DNA of 64,000 nucleotides from Psilocybe cubensis (Eukaryota): NCBI GenBank assembly GCA_017499595.2, contig CM039007.1, positions 620,001 to 684,000 of the forward strand, read 5' to 3'. Shown piece by piece: positions 28,001 to 38,719 of this stretch (position 1 is its first letter; each line of letters starts with the position of its first letter). The notes under the pieces were generated by a model. It saw only the letters and a program-made list of their open reading frames with translations, ran no database searches and was not told where the DNA came from. The position numbers and the translations under genes were made by a program.

Positions 28001-29151
28001 TGCTGTAGATCCGTCATATGTATGTGAATTATTTTTCACGGGACACATGTGTCAAACGGTCGTTCCGGTACGCGTACGAGGCTACCCCTATGCATCCGCC
28101 TTTAGCTGGAACAAAAAGCTCGTCATATCCACTGGCCAGCGCCGAGTGCTCATGCCTCACACTTTGAATTCTATTCCTTGCTGAACCTCTGGCACCTGGT
28201 GTACCTACCTATATCTGAAACTCAAATATTTCCCTTCGACCATGCAGCACAGCGAAGTCGACGGTTGTGTGTTAACCTGACACATGTCTGGATCACTTTA
28301 AAGTTTACTTCCGTTTGCAAATATTGTATGTGTTTCCTCATTTTGACTATACTGGTATTTTTATTATTCCTATTTTTATGGCAGGGGTTTGCTTATGGAT
28401 CTCCACGGAGATCAAACTGCTGAGCAATCGTCTAATTTATGTACGGCAATTATGTGTGAGTCTATTCTTAGTCTCTGAATTCTAATCAGTCTTAGTATGC
28501 TGGAAAGAAGTTGGATTTGACAGTCTGGATGGATTATTCTCGCTCTTCTAAAACTTATTTTAGGGGTCGGATCACACAACAATCAAGATTGAAGTCGACA
28601 AAGCAGCCGCCTATTCCATTTTATTTCTTCTGTACATACATGATAGAAGCGACATATTTTCGATGCTTCTCAACTTCTCAATGTACGAGAAACCCGTTGA
28701 TTCAAGGTTCTTTCATAGGGTTTTAACATAAGCTATTTGTTCAGGTACAGATAGATGTTTTACCATGCACGCCGCTTTTTTGGCATCCTTCAGGATTCTG
28801 GCGGACAGAATTCATGTAAATTGTTTGATCACTCAAATTTTCTCCGAATTTTTTGCTTTGTTAACATCTAAAGGTACCTGTCCGGACAATAGGTTCTGCC
28901 AACGGTTCTCGTTCGAAGTTCTGTGAGCTTGGACATCGAGTTCTTTTCCACATGAGCATGAACGTTCTTCTAACCCTCCAAAACATACTTTCGGGCACCT
29001 GATACGAACTGCAGCATGCCATATGCGGTGAGTATTAATCCATAATCTGCAATCAATCTATCCTGTAGATATAAAATGTTAGTCGCCTTCTTTTACGAGA
29101 TATTTCTGTTCCTGTTAAGACAGAGTCTGATTAATTTTCTCAGGAATAACA

Positions 29152-29879
29152 ATGCTAGCCAGACCTTTTGTGCTGTGCCTCGTGTCCTCTGCCATAACCT
29201 GTGTCATCGCCGCCCCAACCACCCCGACAGATGCTGATCCCTCTTCTTCAACAGATTCCGAATTTCCAGAGGTCATTCCAGGACCTGGCATGCCCTCCCT
29301 GGAGTCTCTTGGTTTGACTACCGCAGATCTCTACCGCAATAGCACCTTGAGTATGTAACGTCCATTTCAATTCGGTTAAGATTCCAGGAGTATTGAATAT
29401 CTATCAGAAGCGTTGTCTGCCAACCATGTTGAACTTCTCATTACTTGTGAAAAAGGAGGGTTGACCGTCTCACAGAGCAGCGCGCAGGCATGTGTCAACT
29501 ATTTGACCAGCCTCGGTACTACAGACTGCATGGTACCTGCAAACGGCCTAAGTCGCTTCTGTTCAAGTGGAAACGCAAACATTTGGGGTACAAATGTCTG
29601 GGGTAACGGTCAAGATGTGCACTCCTGGTGGTATGTATATTGCAATTGCCAACCATGGATAATTCACTAGAGTTGATATTGGACTCGTTACAGCTCGGAT
29701 GTGGGCATAACCGCTCAGGATATTGTCAGCGGTTGCGTAATTACAAGTGGACAGGTAGAGGGTGAGCTGTGGTTATCACCATATACTCCGCACTTACTGA
29801 TTTTCCCTTAGGCTATGGCCCAGCAGCCCAGAATTCCAATCTACAAGTCAGCGTTGAGGCATATGATACTGTCTGTTAA
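29152..29879 (+). CDS. Small secreted cysteine-rich protein (4 exons)
   Basis: Signal peptide MLARPFVLCLVSSAITCVIA, pro-like motif EVIPGPGMPSLESLGLTTADLY, about 7 Cys in the mature part. Three GT-AG introns give an open frame to TAA at 29877-29879. Confidence 0.8.
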
Positions 29880-30689
29880 AACAAGAACAAATAAGAAATA
29901 TCGGAAGTTGTGCTTGTATGTTTTGTATGTCCAGCTTGGGCAATATCATGTTTCGAATGGTTTTAGCATGTTAGGCGCGAGACCCAGAAGAACGGTTTAT
30001 GATACCGAATAGAATATTATAGTACAAACTTATACTATGCCTCAACATTCCTATTTAGATTCTGTGTACCTTGGTGAAGAAAAAAAACAACCTATGAGAG
30101 CACATACAAGCTTGATACAAGCCCGAGAGTATAATGGCAAGCAGAACAGGCATTCCGAGCTCAAAGATATCCCAGCTGACATACAGCGCCAACCACCCTG
30201 GCCCAATTTTATAATCTCATCCTCATCCTTCCTTTCAATTAAAGTGAAAACCACAATGGTATGCCTTGTAGAGGAAACATACTAGACACATGTCCTGGAC
30301 TTGGGGACCCAGTCACCCGCTGGAAATGATTATTAGGTAAGCTTAGTCACCCTCCATTCCGCCTCGCCCCGCCCTCGATTGCTCGCCGCTCGTCACTCTC
30401 AGGTCACAAGTATTTTGACCTCTGACGCCGCCCATTACCTCAATATACGGTGCCGCGCGACGTCTAAAACAAGCACAAACGCCGACTCCAGTCGCGACGC
30501 GCAACAGTGTCTGCTTCCTTCCCTTGTCGTGGTGTGCTGGGCTGTTTGTATTTCCCTCCCCCCGGCGCATCGTGATTGATTTTGGGGTAGGAAAAGAGGA
30601 AAAAGGTGGAGCATGGAATGTAGGTGCTGGTGGGCTGTTCATATTTCCCAGGTGAGATGAACTTGTTGTTTGTGACTCGATTTCTGAGT

Positions 30690-31520
30690 CGCGTCGTGCA
30701 TCGTACGCGTTGTAATTGAGTGTGGGGTAGATGTTGTGATCAGAACGCACCCGGTCTCTCCCTCTGTTTTCGACGCATTGCCGTTCCCGCTACTGCGGGG
30801 TTGCGTTGCCTACCTTGTGCAGCAGGGGTTGGGTAGTTGGCTGTGCGTAGTAAAAAAGAAAATGAGCGCAGTCACTCATTTTCATGTTGGTGAAATATGT
30901 GTGCTCCCCCACTAGCCTGTATGGCGTCCCTTTGGTGTTGTTTTGAGGCGGCTGTAGGATGCGAAATTCAGAAGGCGAGTGCGCATGCCACATTTCATAT
31001 CTGTTCCCGACGCCGTCCCCGACCAAATCCAATCCATTTGCAACACGGCGCCCACGACGTCCAAAAACAAGCACTAGTGGTGCCAATTCCAAACGCGACG
31101 CGCGACATGTTCGCGTCGCACTTCCTTCCCTTTTCGTGGTGTAGTGGGATGCTTCACGTCCCTCTTGGCGGTGGGGTGTTTTTTGGGGCTAAGGTGAGCA
31201 GAGCTTATTGTTTGTATTGTGGAGAAACTCAGCGTCTCGCCTCGCGTCGTACGCACCGCACGTTGTGTGGTAGATAAATATGGCCAGAAAGCACCCGGTT
31301 GCTCTCTGACGCCGTCCATTGCCTCATAGGTATCTCGGACGGCGTCCTTTAACCAAACTCGATCGGCTGGGGTTGGCAACACGATTGCGCATCGCGTCCG
31401 CATCGCACCATGTATGATAGATAATACGACCAACGCCCCCGCCGTTCATTGCCTCCATGCCACCCGTTGCCTCGATAGGTATCTCGAACGGCGCTCTTCG
31501 ACCATATTTGATCCGCTAGA
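30690..31520. repeat. Degenerate dispersed direct repeats (possible TE relic)
   Basis: The unit cgcgtcg(t)..catcg..cg.tgt...cacccg.t...ttgcctc(g)ataggtatctcg.acggcg recurs near 30690, 31243 and 31390. Confidence 0.45.
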
Positions 31521-32274
31521 GTTCGCCATCGCGCGTCGCGTCCGCCACATTTGCAGCGGAGGGGGGGACCGTGACTGTGGGCAGTAACAAAGCTGACTTC
31601 GTGGTGATAACAACCGATGTGCACCACATTAATTCTCCTTGGGGGTGTGCACCTCCTCACACAACTCACAGCGGAGGTTCTGTGTACAGATTCTCGCCAG
31701 GCTCTCATGTGTTGTTGTGCTGTGCCCATGTTGGGTGTAATTATAAGTGGGGCGGGTAAGTGGGCTCATGTCGTTATCATTAAAACATTCAAACTATTCC
31801 GCGGTACTTATGTCTGTCTCTTTCACGTTGGATTCTATTCACACAGTGTGGGTGGGCGTGTATTGTGGCGGTGGTTGTTGGTAGTGTGCAACCAAAATAA
31901 GATGAGCACTGTTCGCTCTCTAGCATCCACACCGTGCCGGCCCAGAAATATTCAGGCATGGGAATACGCTGTGGCTGGTGAGGGATTATCTCTCTACTGT
32001 TATTATGCCCTGTTTTTGTACATTGCACATCTACTGGCGCAATGTGCACTGGCCTGGATGCCCTTTGGGTTAATAGTGGGTTTGGTTTAGACCTTTCAGT
32101 ACTGGGAGCACACGGCCGTTTGTGAGTATTATTTTCTCTTTTCCTACTTCTGCTATTCTACCTGCCGGTGGCCTAGGAATCCCCAGGCATGGGCATATAC
32201 TGGTGCCGGCAGATAGAATAGACAGTAAAGATGTGTATCCTTATTTCTATACCTCCTCTTTCCTTGATTTGCGA

Positions 32275-32510
32275 CTTGCATGCCTTCAATTCAACTCGCA
32301 TGTCTTTGTGTCAACTTGTGTGTACCTTTGATTTGACTCGCTGCCTTCGATTTGCACGCCTTTGATTCGACTCGCATGCATTTGACTTACGTATGTTCCA
32401 GCTACGTCGATTCGGCTTGCATGCCTTCGATTTGACTTGCTTCCTTCAATTTGCATACCTTTAATTCGACACGCATGCATTTGACTTACGTATGTTCAAC
32501 TTACGTGCAC
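32275..32510. repeat. Imperfect tandem repeat, 99-bp period, built from short gatt(c/t)gact-gcatg subunits
   Basis: gcatgcatttgacttacgtatgttc occurs twice 99 bp apart (gtatgttc at 32391 and 32490) with similar flanks. Confidence 0.7.
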
Positions 32511-32966
32511 ACATGAGCTACCCCAGGAATTTTCAGGCATGGAAATACACTGGTGCTGCAAATGATGTTGCTCATACCCGACCTCCGGGATCTTTACGGG
32601 GCCAGTATCATGACAGTAGGCCCTGCTTTCTTTGGGCTTCTTCGTCCTGTCTACACAAACATCCCATGAGATACGTACGTGTGCTCGTGAGATGGGTTTT
32701 TCCAACATCATGTAATGTAGATTGGGTATACAGATGCACCTTCGGAGAAGTACAATTTCTCCGAATTTATGCTGATGATTCCGGAACCCAAATAACAACA
32801 CCATGTGCAACATGTCAACTTCAGAGGGTTTCTTTTTCGGCAAGTCTTTGTTATGACTTTGGCTCAGAGCCGTTGACGAAATGGAATGGCTCATAGTTGA
32901 TTTATTCAACATCTGACTACACTTAGCTCGTCGACAAGTGCATTCTTTGACCGCTGACCGCCCTTG

Positions 32967-33308
32967 ATGGCCCCTTCATACTACGAGTCACTTTCAACGG
33001 AGGAGGATTCAGAGGAAAAACTCCTTGCCAACACCGAAGACCAGCGTTCAGCCACGCACACTGGCATTACCCGGGAATCATCTAACAAATTCAATTATTT
33101 GTCCTACATTCTCATTTTCCTGAGCATTGTTGCTTCAGGGATTAGTCTTAAAACTACGCTCACCGCCGTTCGCGCTTCCCGCGCCTATTTTGCGCCTACC
33201 GATACTCTGCCACGCCCCAACGTTTTTGTGGGGCTTCCGAAATACCCTCAAGTTTCAAAACACTCTGAAGTCGGATCGCACATGGATCACTCGCATTCTC
33301 GCAACTGA
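32967..33308 (+). CDS. Small single-pass membrane protein with His-rich tail (cluster accessory gene)
   Basis: 113 aa: acidic N-terminus (YESLSTEEDSEEKLL), one hydrophobic helix, LPRPNVFVGL motif, C-terminal HSEVGSHMDHSH. Confidence 0.65.
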   Translation: MAPSYYESLSTEEDSEEKLLANTEDQRSATHTGITRESSNKFNYLSYILIFLSIVASGISLKTTLTAVRASRAYFAPTDTLPRPNVFVGLPKYPQVSKHSEVGSHMDHSHSRN

Positions 33309-33490
33309 CGGTAAGAAATTTGGTATGATGAGTGAAATTATTCTAATTTCTGGTATAGAGAACAAGAGAAGTGACGAATGAAGAGGACAAGTTGTTCTAG
33401 TAATTTCTTGCTTCGACACCATCCAATACGTTCTAAATCGAATTTAAGACCTTCAATCATGATTGCTATCAGGTTCTCTACTGCTGTGTT

Positions 33491-34172
33491 CTAATTGTCG
33501 TAGGTATCCTTATACTGCTCATAGTTACTTCCCATATATTCCCATAATTGCTCCCAGTCCGTGCAACGATGTGCAATATCGATTCCGGTGACTGTCTCTA
33601 CTATCTTTCCATCTGGAGTCCGCTGTTTATGGCTGGCTGGTTCTAGCGTGAGATCGGCATTGCAGAGAAGTATCTGTCGAAGATAAATGAGACAGTGGTG
33701 GACGTGTCCGATATCAAGCATTGTGTAGCCGTCGTTTTGAGGGTTGGATACCATTGCCATCCTGAGGTAGCGATGAAATGACCGCAAACAGTGCAAACTA
33801 TGGAAATGGGAGACGAGGTAATGCTTCTGGTCGTCTGGGTGGTATATGAATCCATCGCCCATCGGTAGTATTGACTCCCATTCCGATTCATTGGAATATA
33901 GACCAAATCTCTCGGCTTTTGAAATTGTCAATGTAGCTGGTTGTATCTGAATTGGGAGTACGGCTTCCGTCTTTGATACTGTTTATGCAATTAGGTCTCA
34001 ACAAGCGAGGTTATACTAGCAAAAAAATGGGCGTACCGGGCTTGAATATTGCCCCAACGTTTAATGAAATGCTAAGTAAGTGCACCGAAAGCGATATAAT
34101 GAGGGCGACTGAGGCAGATATCACTAGGAGCAGAGGGACCTTCACCGTGTGCTTCATAGCGTGGCTGGTCAT
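33491..34172 (-). CDS. UstYa-like / DUF3328 oxidase no. 1
   Basis: N-terminal TM exon, then an intron, then VSHFHSLHCL, HVHHCLIYLRQILLCNADLTLE and HRCTDWE. Both HxxHC motifs are intact. Confidence 0.92.
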
Positions 34173-34795
34173 CACTGCAGTCTGAGAAGAATTTTGATAA
34201 TGAGCTCTCTATATTAATTATTCAACCTATCTTCGATCGCGAGCTTCCAAATTGATATGTGCCCGCTGACCTATCTATGGCTTTACATAACTGGAGAAGC
34301 TGTTGCCTTGAAAATTAAACAGAATTCATTATATTCACCCGTTTTCGCATGTAATCCGAGCTCTCCGTGGGTTATGTCCAGTGGATTACAAGATGTATAT
34401 GACCTTCAAAGTACTTAAAAATAAACTCTCATTACTTACCACTTGGTACAAATGATAGAATCACCGCACCTTCCTCAGGTCATGTTCCCTACGTCCAAAT
34501 TTGTATCAATCCTAGACACGCCGTGTTACATAGTGCAATATTGTGTGTCTTTTTTGGTCGACCGTTCTACCCGCAACCCTCCCCACGTTGACGCTGTACT
34601 CGAGTCCAGGTCTCTATATTTAGACGCCCATGATCCAGGACATGGCAAACGTCGGAGAAACCAGAGGAAGACATGGTCTATCGACCGATTTTTGACCGTA
34701 TTCCCACTATCTAGAGCCTCGTAAAATGTAATTGATGGAAAAATTGTTCAATCATTGTACAGAATCGCAGTGCTTGCTTGCCTCAACCAGTGACA

Positions 34796-35508
34796 ATGTG
34801 GAATAAACAAGCCCTCCTGCTGTCAATCTGCGTAGCCTTAAACATTATAAACGTATCGTACCTGGTATTTGCCTGGTTTGAATGGACCGTTGGAGAGAAA
34901 ACCAAAGAATCCTACTGTCAGTCCACTTTATTACAATGTCCTCGCATATATCTATTGTCTGATTTTTTCATCGACCTTCAGCCTACCTCGGCCACGACTA
35001 TCCTGAGAGTCTACCAATGGATGTCCAGAAGTCAATCATTGTGCCATACGAGGAGAGCGAGATTTATCGCTTTACGGGCATTGAGTCAGATTCTGAGTGG
35101 CTTTCGCTTGCTGGCCCAGAGCAAGGATTCGGATATTTGAGACTTGGACCAGATAATCGCATTTTTGCCGTTTCAATGTTCCACCAAATGCATTGTCTTC
35201 GTATCATCAACCTTGCGATGAGCAAAGAACCCATTGCAACCCCTTCTCACCTACATCACTGTTTTAATTATCTCCGACAAGCAGCACTTTGTGGGGCTGA
35301 TTTATCACTCGAACCAGGAGACTTTGAAGAGAGAGACTTCAGTGACCAAAAGGTTAGTGGATGGCATAAATGCAAGGATTGGAGCCAAGCGTATTCCATC
35401 ATGGAAAATAATTATGCCCAGTGGAAAGAAGCAGAGAATGTATGTCCATTCTACCGTTCATACCTGTTCCTTATAGACTGAGGGAGTTTGTAGGGTCACT
35501 TGAAATGA
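34796..35508 (+). CDS. UstYa-like / DUF3328 oxidase no. 2
   Basis: TM helix, YSYLGHDYP after splicing, GYLRLGPDNRIFAVSMFHQMHCL, HLHHCFNYLRQAALCGADLSLE, HKCKDW. Confidence 0.93.
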
Positions 35509-35559
35509 GTGAGAGTTGGGTACATACTGTAAGATGTTAATTGCTTTCGACAAAATGCA

Positions 35560-36330
35560 TCATGGATTACTACTTCTAGCTACTTGTTGGAAATTCTCGT
35601 AATTACTCTCTGCAGCCCTGTACACAGCTTCCCAATCTAAACACACATGTGTCACTTCAGGTACTGTCAATCCATGCCCCTTAGACGCCCTCACAGTCTC
35701 CAGTCGTACGTCAGAGTTACATAAAACCATTTGCCTTATATTGTTTATGCAATGATTTGCAACCTGAAGGCGCCTCGTATCCGAAGTGGAATCCGTTAAT
35801 TTGTCGGCATAGAGATTGTCAAGATATTCTCGAAGTATGCCTAGACATCGGACATGGTGTAAAACGCCTAAGGTGAAAGTCCTGTGATTTGGTCCCAGAT
35901 GTACGAGTGCTCTTCCAGAAGGCAAGGTCGTGTTCCACTCAGCACGTCCTTGAGGGGTATCAAATGCATAGTGCACCGTATTCTCCAGAGACATATATAC
36001 TGAATCAAGCGGCGAGATATCCCAGAACATAGGATAGTCATCGCCAACATATGCTGTGAGTACGTAATCAGCAAATAGAGTACATTGTAGATTCCAGGAT
36101 GACGCACTGTATACAGTTTTTGATTTCTCAAAAACCTCATGTCCCGTTCGCCATCCTCCAACCATTTCAATTCTGCCGTAAAACCATAGTCCAAATCCCA
36201 ACATCGGGATTAAAACAGTGGCAAAGAGTTTTCTGGCACCTAAGAATATAATCAATAAAAAACGCTACCACGTAATGATGGTTGATATACTTGAACTCTG
36301 AAAGCATGGCGGCGTACATGACGAGGGCAT
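35560..36330 (-). CDS. UstYa-like / DUF3328 protein no. 3 with variant metal motifs
   Basis: TM helix, YVGDDYP, VHLGPNHRTFTLGVLHHVRCL, VANHCINNIRQMVLCNSDVRLE, HVCLDWE. Probable ATG at 36330 via an intron ending ~36242. Confidence 0.88.
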
Positions 36331-36590
36331 TCCAAGATACAGCAGAGGTTAGAAAATTCGACGTCTCCATTTATAAGTAATCCATTTATTTTTTTGGGAA
36401 CAGTGTATAGGAGAATTGATAACGCGCTACTAATATACAGATGATTGGCCAATATGTGGACTATTGATGATCATTTTTGAAAGCCCATTTCTGTCACTCG
36501 TGTCCACCCCCATATTTCTCAAATCTGACCTTTCCAAAACATTCCACTCAGGATTAATCATATAAGGTATACAAATAACGTCCACACCAT

Positions 36591-36793
36591 CTAGTAGCAA
36601 AGTGCTAGACGACGAGCTTCAATGTCTTCAGCATCACAGTCCACAATTTCCGCTGCGCAAAATAATTTTTAATTTCTGTGGGGAATATTGTAGACGGAAA
36701 CATACTATGACCTGCCACAGGTGCAGAGTTTGCCATCATGGCGAATAACAAGGCAATGGATGCAAGTTTGCAAAAAATACGAACTGGATACAT
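36591..36793 (-). CDS. 49-aa secreted peptide, candidate RiPP precursor: MYPVRIFCKLASIALLFAMMANSAPVAGHTEIVDCDAEDIEARRLALCY
   Basis: Exon 1 is 36793-36706, a 53-nt GTATGT...GCAG intron spans 36705-36653, and exon 2 is 36652-36591. The product has a signal peptide ending ANS-APV, an acidic spacer, a dibasic RR site and C-terminal LALCY. It lies between DUF3328 no. 3 and the But2-like gene. Confidence 0.7.
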
Positions 36794-37333
36794 AACCACT
36801 AGTGTAATGTGCGCCGATAGTTGACGGCTTATTACTGCATTAAATAGATTCTAAAGTAGAAAGGTAGGAAGTACCAGTCATACATACATGGTATAATGAT
36901 GCGATTCTGCTATCCAAAATATGCCGGAAAAACTGTGTTTACAACGGAACCTTGATCACCTTCTATGTAATGGTTTGCCACATGGAGTTTACAGGATTGA
37001 AAGAATGCGCTTCTAACAAGCTTCCCTAACGAAGAACGAAGCAGCAAGCTATGTCTCGGAAGTTTCTATTTACAGGATCTACCAGCCATGATACCTGGCC
37101 AATCATATTCTTGTTATATATTTTTGACTGAATGCAAGATCCGCACCCGTGGGCTGTAGAAGTCATAGTCACTCTAACTCTCTATTTCCACCGGACAACG
37201 GATAAACTTCATTAATAAAGATCTTTCCTACTAAATTGTTGTTATCAAAGGAATAGCTTGTCACTGCTCCTCCGATAAAAATCTCTTAAGTGTTTAGAAC
37301 ATCAGATGTACTCTAATCTGAGATAATGGTTGA

Positions 37334-38331
37334 TCAAGAAAGGACGGTGACATCAGTCTGCATTTGGACAATGTAAATGCCTAATGTTTTGGGCCACTTT
37401 AATCCGGCATCATGTAGCACGAGAATGGTGTAACATTGATAACTCACCGGCCTTTGGCTCAGCACGTTGATCTTGCCAAAAGTCCACATGACATTCCGGG
37501 CTATCAGGCGAACATGCTAATTCAAAGGTGCTGAAGTGATTTGACTGACACAGAAATGGGACCAAGTCGCTTCCTCGGTGGTCGAGATGAATAATCCCAA
37601 ATCGACTTCCTCGTAGTGGGGCGATTTTCCAACTCTCGCCAATGTAGCGAGATATTTCGTGTGACATATTGAGGGTCCAGATATCAATGACAGACCCGTT
37701 TCGAGCAATGGAAGAAGGGTCAAAAGATGTGGTAAGAGGTGGTATTGAGAACGATAGTGAACAATTTTCCATCCCAAAGTCAATATGGCGAAATTGAACA
37801 ACTGTAGAGGTCTGAGTATACCAATATAGCAGTAAGAGTTTTCAATGTATAAAGAGAGTATGGAAGTATCTACCTCATTTGTGATGACAATGCGACGTGC
37901 ATCGGGATAGACTGCACCAATCTTAGCTTTCCGGCTTCGTGTTGTATCTTCCGACATTTGTCGAAGTGGATCATTAGCGTGTAGCTGAAAGGACACCTGG
38001 GGAAAATTGAATATTGGTGGAAAAATGTATTCGGAATGCCTTAGAGCACTCTTAAGGTTGACATAGGTGCTCTGGCGACGTAGCGTCCTCCTGGGCTCTT
38101 CGGTTTCTGCTTCAGACCTCGCTTGATGAATCCTAAAGCGCGTTGAAGTAGAGAAGACAATGAGCGAAAGCAAGGATGACAGAAAAGTTATGATGTATAT
38201 GTAATAAAATAGTGTGTCTGGTTTACAGATCAGTTAGCACTATTGTTTCATGCTCCAGTCTCACTATCAGTTTCTTTACCGTTCTTGGCTTTGTATCCAC
38301 ATGTGTGAGGTCTTTCGAAAGCGAATTGCAT
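37334..38331 (-). CDS. Single-pass membrane protein, But2 C-terminal-domain-like (cluster accessory gene)
   Basis: Spliced product: TM helix, LRRQSTYVNL, PPIFNFP, YPDARRIVITNE, TVQFRHIDFGMENCSL, FLCQSNHFSTFELACS, CHVDFWQD, GIYIVQ. The family is recognised from motifs, not searched. Confidence 0.7.
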
Positions 38332-38719
38332 GCTGACGTTCCAGACTTTGGTGGTTAGGAGTAGTGAAGTGGTTTATAAAAAATGTTTGGAGAGGTATAT
38401 TACGATCTTGTATTTCTCCGGGCCCCCTATCTAGAGACGCATACTCTATCAGATCTTTGGCTTTGTTATATTTTGGAGGCTTTTCAAACGTATGTTAAAA
38501 CTTGAGTTCGATTCGGCGAAACGCAGCAACATGCTAGAGATAACAATATCTATTTATAGGCCGTCCAAGCTCACTGAAGTTCCTGAAGCGGAGCACCAAA
38601 CAGACGTCAATGCAGACCATATGGGTAATATATGAGTATTATTTCTCCGTGAGTTCCATGCAGTTTATGGCTGTACAATTTGACCAATTCCAGATTCCTA
38701 CTGGTATCTACTTGAACAG

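Noticed and set aside
32286-32480. 33-aa repeated peptide ORF as a Kex2-repeat RiPP precursor
   Set aside because: It has no signal peptide and no regular dibasic sites. The 99-bp DNA duplication explains it.
36591-36793. The small peptide as a mating pheromone or an MSDIN/borosin precursor
   Set aside because: It has a signal peptide and ends Cys-Tyr, not CaaX. There is no MSDIN leader and no methyltransferase domain.
36605-36799. ORF-track 64-aa peptide (…APVAGHSMFPSTIF…LKLVV) as the true product
   Set aside because: It reads through a canonical 53-nt intron. The spliced 49-aa form ending LALCY is more plausible.
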